Position numbers and translations under genes: made by a program. The notes beneath the pieces are model-generated. The model made no database searches, was not told the DNA's origin, and saw only the letters and a list, made by a program, of their open reading frames with translations. A stretch of DNA of 64,000 bases, taken from assembly GCF_052425735.1 (NCBI RefSeq), contig NC_135770.1, positions 3,100,001-3,164,000 on the forward strand, written 5' to 3'. The DNA is from Oculina patagonica (lineage: Eukaryota). Positions 30,999 to 43,411 of the stretch are shown here, piece after piece (positions within the stretch are counted from its first letter, which is position 1; each line of letters opens with the position of its first letter).

Positions 30999-33900
30999 AT
31001 GGATGTTCCCTTTGAATTTCAATTGAGAGGTCACGTGGACCGCAGAGTACGCAGATTTGGTCTCCACATCAGAAACTTTACCGGACGACTGGTGCAGACA
31101 GGTGGTGGTGCCGCAGTGGAATCCGTTCCCCTAGGACCGCGACCCGTATTAGTACAGCAGATTGCCAGAGCCCTGCAGAGAGCCGTGCAGCAACATATTT
31201 TGGATGATGGAGCCGTTGGAGATGACGATCACTTGTTGATCAACATCAACAGTAACAGGATTCAAAATGCTTTTCATTCCAGACGGCTGAGAGTGGGAGA
31301 GTGGAGAGAAAACACCGTTGCTGCCCAACAGCTGTTAAAACAAATCAGTGACATGTTGAACAGTAATCAGACTTTTCAAGTCGACGACACGTTCAATCTA
31401 AACGTGTCTCACATACAAGATCCAGGCAAAGGTGGAGATAACCAGAAATACAAACCCGGTTTGGACCCCATCGAGACCATATTGGAGAAAAAGCGATGCG
31501 TGTTGAAAATCAAAAACACGGATCAATTATGCTGTGCCCGCGCCTTGGTGATGATGAAGGCCCGTGCCGATTTCGGGACCGACCATTGGTATTACAAGAA
31601 TGTCCGTGGAGCATACCCCATCCAAGAAAAGGCAGCCAGAGAGTTGCATCGTTTGTCCGACGTGCCAGAAGGTCCTTGCGGCTTGGACGAATTGGCCAAA
31701 TTTCAAGCGCACTTGAACGACTACCAGATTGTGGTGGTGTCTGTCCAACATGGGTACCAGATCATCTTCAAAGGAGCACAACGCCCCGACGACAAACGTT
31801 TGATCTTGATCAAGCACCATGACCATTACCACGGCTGCACTTCCCTAGGCGGATTTTTTGGCAAGAGTTATTATTGCACCCAATGCGAAAAAGGGTTTTC
31901 GCACGACAATCAGAAAGAACACCGCTGCCCGGGTGCCAGGTGCGCCGCCTGCCATCAGACAGATTGCCACGAATGGAAGAGAGCCCACGCTGTACCCAGG
32001 GTGAACTGTACAGACTGTCAACGGGACTTTTTTGGAACCCGCTGTCTTCAATTGCACAAGAGTCGCACCGACACGGGCAAAGACATGGCCCGAGACAAGA
32101 GGAACAGTGTGTGTGACAAGCACAAACGGTGTACGGGCTGTTTCAAGACCTACGGTGACTATGAACTGAGAAACAGTCACAAGTGCGGCCACGCTCTCTG
32201 CCCGTCCTGTAAGGAATACCAAGATCTTCGTTACCACCAGTGCTACATACAAAATCCTCTCAAGGTGGAACAAAAACAGAACCGCAAGAGAACCAGCGCC
32301 GGTCAACGCAAAGAAGACCAACCACCCGTGTTCGTCAGTTGGGACGCCGAAGCCAGGCAGGAAGAAGGCCAGCACGTCGCCAACTTGATTTGCGCCCTGA
32401 GAGGAGACACCGACGAGAGGAGAACCTTCGAGGGAGAGACTTGTGTCAAAGACTTCCTCGCTTGGTTGAGGGAGATCGCCGAACAACACCGCGTCATAGC
32501 CGTCGCCCACAATTTTCAGGGCTATGACTCTTACTTCATACTAAACGAGTTGTACGACCAAGCCATCTGCCCTGACCAAGTCGTCAATGGTGCCAAAATA
32601 ATCAGCATGAACATCCCAAACATCACCTTTAAAGACTCCATGTGTTTTCTGCAGATGAGCCTTGCTACCTTTCCCAAAGCCTTTGGCCTCACCGAGCAAA
32701 AGAAGGGGTTTTTCCCCCACTTTTTCAACACGAAGGAAAACCAAAACTATGTGGGCAGCATGCCTGCCAGAGACTATTACGATCCAGAGGGAATGTCCGC
32801 TGCCAGGAAAGCCGAATTCGACAAGTGGTACGAAGAACGCGTCGCGGAGAATTACGAGTTCTACTTTCGGAACGAACTTGTCGACTACTGTCGCTCGGAC
32901 GTGGAGCTGTTGCACGAAGGTTGCAAGGTCTTCCGGGCAGAGTTTCAAGCCATTGCCGGGTTCGATCCCATGGACCAGTGCCTCACCATTGCCTCGGCCT
33001 GTAATCGCTTCTACCGCACCAAGTGCATGCAAGAACAGACGTTGGCTTCTGAACCGGTACGAGGCTGGGAAGGCAAGGGCAAACCTCACTCCCTGGTGTC
33101 GCTGGAATGGTTGCTCTATCAAGACACCCAGACGCAGGGCACCATCCGCCACGCCAGAAACGGTGGAGAACGAGCCTTATGGATTGGAGGCCGTCTGATG
33201 AACGTCGACGGGTACGAGGATCACACGGTTTACGAGTTCCACGGCTGTTACTTTCACGGCTGTCCTGACTGTTTTCCCAATCGCGATCAGAAGCACCGGA
33301 AGATGGGCGACAGAAGCTTGAGGGACGTGTACGCGGAAACGCAACAAAAGAGCCAACGGATCCGGGATGCGGGTTACCGCGTGGTAGAAATGTGGGAATG
33401 CCAGTGGAAAGCGCTCAAGGACAATGATCCCGAGGTGAAATCGTTCGTGGACTCGTTGTCGATCAACTCCCGCTTGGAGCCGAGAGACGCCTTCTTTGGC
33501 GGTAGAACCAACGCCGTCCGCCTCTATGACCTTGCCCAACCAGAAGAAGAGATCCGGTACGTGGACTTTACCTCGTTGTATCCATTTGTCAACAAAAACT
33601 GTGACTACCCTCAAGGGCATCCCGAAGTGATCCTAGAACCGGGACACACGAACATTTCACAATTCTTTGGTCTGGCAAAGTGTACCGTGACGCCGCCCTA
33701 CGGGTTGTACAGCCCCGTGTTGCCCTATCGCCAAGGGGGTAAACTGACATTCCCCCTCTGCCGTACCTGCGTGGAAGTGGAGCAGCCGAAGCCATTGACC
33801 CAACGATCCTCCAAATGCGCTCACAGCCCTCAAGAACGCCAACTGACCGGAACGTGGTGCACGCCCGAGTTGGAAGAGGCCGTCAAGCAAGGGTACGTGG

Positions 33901-34865
33901 TGGAGCACATTCACGAGGTGTGGCACTTTGACCGCAAATCCAACACCATGTTTAAAGAGTATGTCAACACCTTCCTGAAGATGAAGCAGGAAGCGAGCGG
34001 CTGGCCCTCGTGGGTGGGCGACGATCCAGACAAACGCCAGGAATACCTGACACAGTTCTTTCTCAAAGAAGGCATCCAGTTGGATCCGGACAAGATTGAA
34101 AAGAATCCCGGACGCAGATCCCTGGCCAAGATCATGCTCAATAGTTTTTGGGGCAAGTATGGTCAGAAAGGCAACAAGAGCCAAGTTGAAGCCTTCACCT
34201 CTGCAGCTGAGTTTCACGATTTGTTGAGAGACGATTCTCGAGACATCCACGACATCCGGGTCGTCAATCCAGACATGTTGGAGGTGGTCCATAAGTGCAA
34301 GGAGGACTGTGCCAACATTCAACCGGACATAAACATCTTTGTTGCCTGCTTTACCACCACCTGGGCCCGTTTGAAGTTGTACCAGGAAGGTCTTTCCATC
34401 CTACAACCCGAACAGATCTTGTATTTTGACACGGATTCTCTCATCTACAAGCATCGAGAAGGCCAACCCTCCTTACCATTGGGAGATTACCTAGGAGACT
34501 TTACCAACGAACTAGACGATGATGACTTCATTGTGGAATTTGCCGCCGCCGGACCAAAAAACTATGCCTACAAGACGAAGCTGGGAAAAACCTGTTGTAA
34601 AGTAAGGGGTTTTTCCTTGAACGTGAGAGGATCCGCCCATCTCAACTTTGAGACATTGAAAGACAACGTCAAATCCGAAGTGAAAGAACCCTTGGCCGAA
34701 ACGAGGAGCATTGCCGTGTTCAACCCTCACAAGATCACCCGAGACAAAACGACCAAAACCCTGAACACTGTGACGGAGATCAAGCGCTATCAAGTGGTTT
34801 TCGACAAGAGAGTGGTAGATGCCAACACCTTTATGTCATACCCCTATGGTTACTTTAACGCCTAG
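30999..34865 (+). CDS. Protein-primed DNA polymerase B (with N-terminal TP/vOTU-like and Cys-rich regions and a nested VSR-like nuclease insert)
   Basis: Exo motifs WDAE, AHNFQGYD, YCRSDV; Pol motifs YVDFTSLYP, KIMLNSFWGK, YFDTDS, KNYAY; IKNTDQLCCARAL; insert VDGY..TVYEFHGCYFHGC...EMWECQW. Confidence 0.97.
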   Translation: MDVPFEFQLRGHVDRRVRRFGLHIRNFTGRLVQTGGGAAVESVPLGPRPVLVQQIARALQRAVQQHILDDGAVGDDDHLLININSNRIQNAFHSRRLRVGEWRENTVAAQQLLKQISDMLNSNQTFQVDDTFNLNVSHIQDPGKGGDNQKYKPGLDPIETILEKKRCVLKIKNTDQLCCARALVMMKARADFGTDHWYYKNVRGAYPIQEKAARELHRLSDVPEGPCGLDELAKFQAHLNDYQIVVVSVQHGYQIIFKGAQRPDDKRLILIKHHDHYHGCTSLGGFFGKSYYCTQCEKGFSHDNQKEHRCPGARCAACHQTDCHEWKRAHAVPRVNCTDCQRDFFGTRCLQLHKSRTDTGKDMARDKRNSVCDKHKRCTGCFKTYGDYELRNSHKCGHALCPSCKEYQDLRYHQCYIQNPLKVEQKQNRKRTSAGQRKEDQPPVFVSWDAEARQEEGQHVANLICALRGDTDERRTFEGETCVKDFLAWLREIAEQHRVIAVAHNFQGYDSYFILNELYDQAICPDQVVNGAKIISMNIPNITFKDSMCFLQMSLATFPKAFGLTEQKKGFFPHFFNTKENQNYVGSMPARDYYDPEGMSAARKAEFDKWYEERVAENYEFYFRNELVDYCRSDVELLHEGCKVFRAEFQAIAGFDPMDQCLTIASACNRFYRTKCMQEQTLASEPVRGWEGKGKPHSLVSLEWLLYQDTQTQGTIRHARNGGERALWIGGRLMNVDGYEDHTVYEFHGCYFHGCPDCFPNRDQKHRKMGDRSLRDVYAETQQKSQRIRDAGYRVVEMWECQWKALKDNDPEVKSFVDSLSINSRLEPRDAFFGGRTNAVRLYDLAQPEEEIRYVDFTSLYPFVNKNCDYPQGHPEVILEPGHTNISQFFGLAKCTVTPPYGLYSPVLPYRQGGKLTFPLCRTCVEVEQPKPLTQRSSKCAHSPQERQLTGTWCTPELEEAVKQGYVVEHIHEVWHFDRKSNTMFKEYVNTFLKMKQEASGWPSWVGDDPDKRQEYLTQFFLKEGIQLDPDKIEKNPGRRSLAKIMLNSFWGKYGQKGNKSQVEAFTSAAEFHDLLRDDSRDIHDIRVVNPDMLEVVHKCKEDCANIQPDINIFVACFTTTWARLKLYQEGLSILQPEQILYFDTDSLIYKHREGQPSLPLGDYLGDFTNELDDDDFIVEFAAAGPKNYAYKTKLGKTCCKVRGFSLNVRGSAHLNFETLKDNVKSEVKEPLAETRSIAVFNPHKITRDKTTKTLNTVTEIKRYQVVFDKRVVDANTFMSYPYGYFNA

Positions 34866-35049
34866 TACTACCCACTAGCTCGTATGGGGCATGCTGTTGT
34901 GTCCAACAGCATGCCCCAGATGGGAAACCTACCGCAACACGTTGATATAGTTTCAATCGTACCCACGTTGATCGTTCTCCATAACTGAATATTTAATAAC
35001 TTACTTGTCGACATCTTTTGAGATATAAACACTCTCACCGCTCGATTCG

Positions 35050-36144
35050 TACTCGTTCCCAGTAAAACCGAGAAAGGGGGATACCCCCTCATCCCCCCTC
35101 TCTGACGTGTTTTTTTTTTTAATACTTCACAAGCGTGCGTTTTTTCAGAATCGCCGTAAAAGCAATGTAGACTCATCTGCGCATGCGTTTAGTGCCAGGA
35201 AGAACCATACCATAAGGAAGGCATGGCGCTTTCTGAGACAACCTTTGTGGTCTTCACAAGAGAGGTAACTAATTATCAATCGTGAGTGTATCGCGTAGAC
35301 TCATCTGCGCATGCGTTTAGTGCAAAGTATTGAGTTCCAGATACCACAAGGACAGTATGGCACTTTGTGAACCATATCTATAGGATGGTGGTCTTGCTAA
35401 CTTTGTACACGTTCACTCCCAGGGTGCGCGGCCACTAGGGCTTAGTGAACATTGACACAAGGAAAAAAAAATATCCCCAGCGAGGACTCGAACCTCGATT
35501 GCCTACCTCAGCGGCAGGAGTGATACCCGTTACACTACCGGGGCTTTAGGACCACTTGTTACCGTTTTTTAGTGTCTTGTACCTTAACAGAAAAAACCTG
35601 TTATTAAAAAAAACCTGTTTTTACACCTATTTTCTTGTCTTGTCGTTTTTTTTCCGCGCGAGGACTGGGACCAAGTTCATTCTAACCGTTCGGGGACTGG
35701 GACCGACACTCCAAGGACCCTGGGACCGACTCCTATGACGTCATCACACCCCTAAGTCACGTGGTTTTCCCTTCTACGCCTATTTTCTTGTCTTGTCGTT
35801 TATTTTTTTCGCGCGGGGACTGGGACCGAGTTCATTTCCACCGTCCGGGGCCTGGGACCGACACTCCAAACACCCTGGGGCCGACTCCTATGACGTCATC
35901 ACACCCCTAAGTCACGTGGTTTTTCCTTTTACGCCTTTTTACACCTATTTTCGGATTTTTTTTCCGAGGGGGACTGGGGCGAGCGCTTTTTGACCGGCCG
36001 GGGCCTGGGACCGACACTCGGACCACCCTGGGACCCACTCCTATGACGTCATCAACACCCAAGTCACGTGATTTTCCTTTCTACGCGTGCGCAGAAATGC
36101 TGCGCTGTGATTGGCTACTTGAACATATAAGCGGTCCTTACTAC
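35050..36144 (-). repeat. Right terminal inverted repeat of the Polinton
   Basis: Reverse complement of the left TIR; ends GGTCCTTACTAC and is followed by a rearranged extra terminal segment (36145-36475). Confidence 0.93.
35473..35544 (-). tRNA. Identical tRNA-like gene in the right TIR
   Basis: Exact reverse complement of 15771-15842, including the oligo-T terminator. Confidence 0.8.
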
Positions 36145-36481
36145 ATTACTCTATTATTCGCGCGGGGACTGGGGCGAGCGCTTTTGGCCGCTTATATGTT
36201 CAAGTAGCCAATCACAGCGCAGCATTTCTGCGCACGCGTAGAAAGGAAAATCACGTGACTTGGGTGTTGATGACGTCATAGGAGTGGGTCCCAGGGTGGT
36301 CCGAGTGTCGGTCCCAGGCCCCGGCCGGTCAAAAAGCGCTCGCCCCAGTCCCCCTCGGAAAAAAAACCGAAACTAGGTGTAAATAGGCGTAAAAGGAAAA
36401 ACCACGTGACTTAGGGGTGTGATGAAATGCTGCGCTGTGATTGGCTACTTGAACATATAAGCGGTCCTTACTACTTGTATC

Positions 36482-39400
36482 CATCACGTTTTTTCGCCAA
36501 ACAGTTTTCAACCTTCAGGCTAATTTCCCAGGTAACAACTGACAAATCTGCTTAGCTATTCCCCCCTTCGTAGTTTTTGTCTTCTTTTGTCTAAAATTGA
36601 AAATATTTAGGACAATTTTTATACTCCAAATCAGCCTTAAACCTGAATTTATAAAATGCAACAATGGTTGCTCTTCTTCACACTCTTGCTGTCTCGTCTT
36701 ACGTTTGTTGAAATTAATATCATGGTTAAGAATTTCTGGATACGAAGACCAACAAAGTTTTCTCATTAGGTAAATATTTAGCAGGCCACCCCAGATAAAT
36801 ACAGCTAGGCATGCGCTATTTGGGAGTTCTATTGGCGCCAGCAAGTCTGAAGAGATATGATAACAACACTTAAGTATTGCTTAAAAGCATCATTAATTTG
36901 ATAATCATCATTTTTCCTACTTACCACTTGGTTTTTAACCATCACGTTTTATCTTTTTAGAAGTTCAGTTTCATCAGATAATTTTTAACCTTTAGGCTAA
37001 TTTCCCAGGTAACAAATGACAAATCTGCTTAGCTATCCCCTCTTCGTACTGTTTGTCCTCTTTTGTCCAAAACTGAAAACATTTTGGGTGATTTTTCTGC
37101 ACAAAATCATCCTTAAACCTCAATTTAAAAATGCAACAATGGTTGCTCTTCTTCACTCTCCATCTTTCTGGTCTGACGATTGTTGAAAATGATATCATGG
37201 GTAAGAAATTCTTGATACGGAGATAAACAAACTTTTTTGACTAGGTAAATATTTAGAAGCCCACCCTAGATAAATGCAGCTAGGCATGCGCTGTTTGCGA
37301 GTTCTGCTGGCGCCAGCAAGTCTGGAGAGATATGATATGAGTTAAACAACACTTCTTTCCAATATCCAGCTGTCAATTTCATATTCTATCGTTAGATAAT
37401 AAGATCTTCTAAAGAACAGCAAGCACAGATCACATTCAGTTCTACACAGAACCCTGACTTGAAAGGAAGGTTTGGCTTCGCGGAAGAGTGAGTTAAACTG
37501 AGAAAACTAAACGAGAAGACTCCAGTGAAGTAAGTAGTGTTTGTTACTTCCATATGTTACACGTACAAATTACGTCAAGGTGTACACGATGTAATGGTGC
37601 CATTTTTTATACTAATGCAAGGCGAGTACAAAAGACGAATTTCTGGTTTTACACAAAATAAAACAAACCGCAAAAAAAAAAAAATCATCTACAGGAATAC
37701 GTTTTAATTCAATTTTCGTCTGCTTGACGATGTCCTTGGATAGAAAGGTCCAAACAAGGGAGAACGGTTTGAATGTTTTAATTTAATTTTCCAACCGTTT
37801 GCCATGCTCTTTTTTTCGTGCACTATATCTCGAGCTGTTTGTTCGAAGATCCTGCCAGAGATCGGAAACTGCGCAGAGAACACCCTGGAACCCAGGGTAA
37901 GGTTTGAAGTAAAGGAGCTAGACTCTGAAAAAGGCCTTTGCGGCTTTATTAAGAGCGATTTTCTAGAAAAAAGCGAAGAAAAGCTGGAAAATAGATTTTT
38001 TTTAAAATAAAAAGTTTAACATTTCAATTTTCAACCCTCCTGCATGTTTTCTGTGGAGTTAGGTGACCTCGTGGGATGAACAAAAGAAAACACATTTTGA
38101 TTGACAGATGTTCCGTTACCATGGTAACATGCACATTATCACGCTAGCGATAGGTCCACATTTGCGCAAAAATTTCACTGTTTAATATAAAAATATACGA
38201 GTCTGGTTCTCGCGTGAATTTGAACCAACTGAAACGAAATTTCACCAGTGAGTAGAGCCACTCTTCTTGCTTATAAAATTTACGTTAAAATGTTTCGAAA
38301 TTTATGAACAGCTAAAAAATGGTCGCCTCACCATGTTGACTGTCGGCCATTTTGACAAGCAGAAAAAAACAAGCACAACCATTTTTAGCGATTTTTTCTA
38401 AAGCACTCATTTCCCTGAAACCAAATAAGCAGGGGAGCTAACACATATATTGAAGATTCTAAATATCATAATATCAATTTACTGAAAGTTCCTGATATTT
38501 CTGCCATGAGTGCTGGCTCATTTTATTTTTTGCCGAAAAGGCTTTATGAGAGAACAATCAGCATCGAAATTATTTTCTGTCAACACTCCAGGAGAATGTC
38601 CACTTTTGGAAATGTGGAAAACAATAGCGTGACGTAACAACATGGCGGTTGTCAATTCTTCCCGAGTGGACTCCACTAGAATTTTATATTTGCCTTTTTT
38701 CAAGTTTTCCCGTGGTGCGTTTCCTGCCAGATGGTAACACAACACAAAGAAAGCATTAAAGAAGCGTTATGCGTGACAATTGTGAAAAATCACAGCGGAT
38801 TGTGCGCGGAGGTTAGAATTTACTTTCGATGCGTATGTTTGTTTTGGTTGTCTTTTGGGTCGTTTCTTCAGCTTTAATCCAGTGTATCTCTTGTGAAAAA
38901 TTTTTCTGAGCCTTGAAAAAATTCAGGGATGTTCTACAGTTATTCTAGTTGCTCTGTGCGAAATCTGAGCGATGGGCCGCAATTTGGGTGGATGGGCCGC
39001 GATTTTTGCTGGAAGCCATCGTCTACGCAAAGTGAGACTGCTTACAACTAATCTGTTTGGGCTTCTTTTCGTTCGCTTCAGTCGATGACTTGATGGATAA
39101 TTGACGTCAAAGAACATCTTAAATATATCCAGGATCGCCACAGATTATCTACTGGACGTGTTTAAAGACCCCGGGTTAAAGACACAACAAGGTCAACAAG
39201 GACAACAGGATGCGAGCTTTGTTTTCTTTCTGGTTCTTTGGACCGAAGGTCGACGCGCGGCTGAAAAGCGCAAAAGCACATTGAAATGTATTATAAGGAA
39301 GGGTATCTGGCAAAAGAAACCAAGCATGGACTCGCCTGAAGCGAAGGAAATTATTTCCTCGATTAGATTCAATTTCTTGATAACCTGGAGTTAGAAAAAC

Positions 39401-42400
39401 ATGGAAGGAATGAGAACCCTGGCGAGCTGCGTGATTGCGCCATGCCAGGGAAGGCGAAGGAGACTTCAGTCAATGTATGTTCGTTCATTTCAGTGTAGTC
39501 AACTTAATTCTAACCAGCTAGGAGTTCTGACGGTCTTGTTGTTATGTTTATAAGGAGCTCCAAATGCCATGATGTTTTCAATTGATTGAGCTAGCCTTCG
39601 AGTTGAGGTCATCGGTCTAATTAATTTCCTGGCCAGCTATTTTGCGAAGCAGAGTTTGACACCTTTTGACGCCTATTTGTTGATGAAATATATGTTAGAA
39701 AGGTTTGTTGTGACTCATTCTTATTGCAAGATAAAACTCAGTACAGCTCACTTTATGTTTTCACTACAAGACCAGTAGATTATGAGCTGCCGCGAAGGAT
39801 TTTTCTTTTCTAATATTTTTATTAGTTGTGTTGCCAAGCCAGGCTGTTTGATTTGCAGCAATGTAATGCCACTGTAATGTGTCGCTTCCTTCGACGCGTG
39901 TTCTATTTTCTTGACTCAGTTGCGCCAAATATTCTTGTGGCTTCTAGGAAGCTATTTACTTTTTCGTTTAATTCGTAGAAAACAAGTAATAAGTTTAACG
40001 GCTTATGCAAACCTTCGACTATCAATTTGTTAGACCGGTCAGTTCTGGCATAACCTGCGATCAGGCTTTCTTTTTTTAGTTCTGGCACGATACCAACTGT
40101 AAATGTTTTCATGTCAGTTTGCGACATCGCATTTAATTTTTGATTTCGAGACGCCGCCAAGCTAATGCCCGGGATAATTGTGAGAGTATCTTATCTGAAA
40201 ATCGGAGTTCATAGCTCCTGTTAATTTACCAAACCAAGTGCTTAGTGTGTCACTGATATGTACATAGCGCGCGACGGAAAACGTTCGTTTCCGCTTTACT
40301 CACTCTCGGCCAAGAGAGATCAACGACATTTTTTTTTTCTTTCTGCAAGCCGTGAATAAAGTTAGGCCCAGGATGCTTAAATCCTTGCATGATGAGGCGT
40401 AAACTACGAGAGTATCTTATTTTAAAAGCGGAGTTCATAGCTCATAGTTAGTAATTTACCAAAGCCAAGTGCTTAGTGTTATGGGCATAGCGCGCGACAG
40501 AAAAGCATTTAAAATGCAAGAGCTCGTCTCCGCTTTACTTATTCCTGTCCAAGAGAGGTCAATGGCATATTTTCTTCTTTCTGTAAGCTGTGAATTTCCG
40601 CTTAGTTAATAGAACGAAGCTTGTTTCATTCGAATTCGAGTTCTGTACACTTCGCTGTTCTAGATTTCGATCGACAGAGCCAGCAGGAATATTTTATGTC
40701 AACAGGCCTCGCATCATGTGACTCCAAATTCGAGCAATGATTGGATAACTGTTTGTTTTGATCTGCGGATCAAAACATTTCCAAAAGTGGACATTCGTCT
40801 GAACTGGTCAACTTATCTGTTAACCAAATTTGATTCATTATATATGTTTTGGCCGGCGAATATGGTGAAAAATAAATTGATACAGCACGCATCTCGCCTT
40901 CGCTCGCTCTATTTTCGTTACTAAATCTGTCAAAGACTCTGGCAAAAAGGAAAAATCTAACAGTTTGCCACATTAAACATCTCCTTTGCTGTGTTTCTGA
41001 TGATCGCATGTGATGATTTTGCGCTCGCACATTCTTGAGAAACGACAGTAAGCTTAGGTAACACCTTTGCATCTTGGTATATTTCTATGCCGTCCATCTT
41101 AGTTCAAAACTGAAAGCGAAATGACTCTTGTTTTGGGGCTTTGGAGAACGAGCTACGACAGTAATTTAGTGCGCGAAACGAAGCCCGGCATGAAACACTC
41201 CTGACCAAAAACATAAATTGACTGCTTTTAGGATTATGTCGGTCATGTCGGTCTCGGGCCCTGCCACCCCCAACCCTCTCTTGCAATAAGCACAGAAAAA
41301 CTTTTAAAACATATTTCCTCTTATATTATGCGATTAGACCTATGTGACGAGCGAAGCCTTTCAACAAAGCCCCTCTGGAATTTAGCTTTGGATCACGGCG
41401 TGAAAATGGAATCATAAAAAAATTCCTCTATATCTTTTACTTTCCTAGATCAAACTGATCAAAGTTACGTTCAAACCGTCACTGATTTCGTTTCGTTTCT
41501 TTAGCATACTGATTATCATGTTTTCTTTTGCAGGAAAACAATGGGATCCACGTTTTATTTGTGCTTGTTATTGATTATGTTGGGGTCCATTACTGTGCAA
41601 GGTGCACCCCCTCAAAAAGAGAACCCCATGAACATTCGTTCTAAGCAAGGTGAACGTTAATTTTGTTTCTTAACTTAGGTTTTAAACAAGGAGATTAAAG
41701 TGAAATAATTATTGTTTTGTTTAGGGCATGACTTTTTTTAATTTATGACTAACTAGCAAAGGATCTTTTTTTTTTGTTTACAGACAAACAGGAATTGACT
41801 TTAAAAGCCAGAGCACATTGTCTTGGACCATGTTCTAAATTTATCAATGGGCGCTGCCATCATGTTTAGTATGTATTTAGCGAAAACCTAACGTGTTGTC
41901 ACGTATGCTTGTAATATTTTTGTGTTATAACTGATAGTCTTTTTTCACGCTTTATTGTAAACACATACACACTACATATTATATACACACACTTATTATT
42001 CGTGTCTATATTGATTCATTCTTCGGCTTTAAAACTGCCTTTAAACTAGCTCATTTATTTTCCCATCCCTGCCTGCATTAGGATTTGACACCCTTGGCGC
42101 TTTTCCTTCTACCAAACATTTCTGATAATTGTCAGTATGGAATGGAGAAGCATTTCTTGGTTGACTAAGGAACCGGACTGACGGAATTTTCCAAAACGTT
42201 TACAGAAAAAAGTGACGGGCTTCCTAGCAAGATATACCCAAAATCTCGAAATTTTCCTTCTCGAAAATTTCCGTTCTTTTCAATAGCCCTTATGTATATT
42301 TACTTCAGACGTGAAAACAGCACGAAGGTGACAGAGGGTAATTGAGAATAATCCACATTGAGAGGCTTCTTGGTGGTGGATTTTGAGCATATGACGTTAT

Positions 42401-43080
42401 CATGCATAAGGCCTATTCCGCTTCCAGAATTTTCAAGGCAATTCCTCACTCCTCAGAAATAAAAGCTTTTCCTGCATGTTCCTTACTCGCAAAAGAGACA
42501 TGATGAGCTAATCTTACCCTATTTATGCCTGTTCTGGTACTAATCACGCTCGTTATTTCAAAAAGTTCCTCGAGTCGTTCATTTCGAATTTGAAGTATAA
42601 TAATTTGCGTCCTTGGTTTGTGTTCGCATTCAGCTATATCTTTTTTACCTCCGATCAATTGTTTTTAGTTTTCTATCTCAAAGACGATTATTTGTACACC
42701 AAAATTATGCAATAAAAAGTATAGGCGATCATACTCTTTAACGAGAAAACGACGATATTTCTCCCTTGCGAGCCAAGCCGTATAGAAAAAAAGTCGCCAT
42801 TTTGTCTATGTGCTCGCGCTAATGATTATTTATTAATCCCCAAACTTCAAACTTCGATATGATTTTAGAATTTTAATATATCGAAATTGGCCTAGCTAAT
42901 GCACGTTTTCTTTTCTTTTTTCAGTGATTGCATCGGCCTTCGAGCAAATAAAGCCTCGTAGTGACCTGTCATCTTAACGAAACACTAGTGTGTCTGGTCT
43001 GTAGCTGATAATTAAGAAGAGGTTACAATAAAGTGCAAATATACAAAGTGCTATCACTGTTTTAAACAGCTTTATTTTTA
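36482..43080 (-). repeat. Inverted copy of the large host repeat, interrupted by the Polinton and a ~2.6-kb insert (about 38450-41100)
   Basis: Reverse-complement matches to 9160-12960. Confidence 0.7.
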
Positions 43081-43411
43081 CTAACTGCTGTTGTGAATAT
43101 TAATGTAAGCTTCGACAAATTGGCTTTTATGGCTGTGTATTTAAAAGAAAATAAAGCAGACATATTTCCGCATAGGTCAAGTTAGTTTTTATGCAGTTTA
43201 ATTTGGTGACGAATTGAAGCGTGCAAGAGCAGTTCTGTGAGTTTAAGTTTTCGACTCGTATATATATATATATAGAGGACATTACACGGTTGCGAGAAGA
43301 TATGAATTTTATGTTCGAGATTCCAATCAAACAAAATGCTTGTCAACCAAAATCATTACTGACTTTGACTTGAATCCGATGCGGCCCTGTCTTGACGGCT
43401 GATAGTTTTCA

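Larger units (their letters stand above)
15169..36475. mobile_element. Polinton/Maverick (adintovirus-like endogenous virus), apparently intact
   Basis: Begins AGTAGTAAGGACC and ends GGTCCTTACTACT; flanked by TGTCTC (15163-15168) and TGTATC (36476-36481); carries the full core gene set (pPolB, INT, MCP, mCP, PRO, ATPase) with open frames. Confidence 0.97.

Noticed and set aside
31496-34793. Many overlapping or antisense ORFs within pPolB (similar ones lie within MCP, ATPase and INT)
   Set aside because: Shadow ORFs of a long coding sequence, with no motifs or independent signals.
38450-41100. Insert within the inverted host repeat as a gene
   Set aside because: No coherent ORF, exon chain or recognisable termini by eye; left unassigned.
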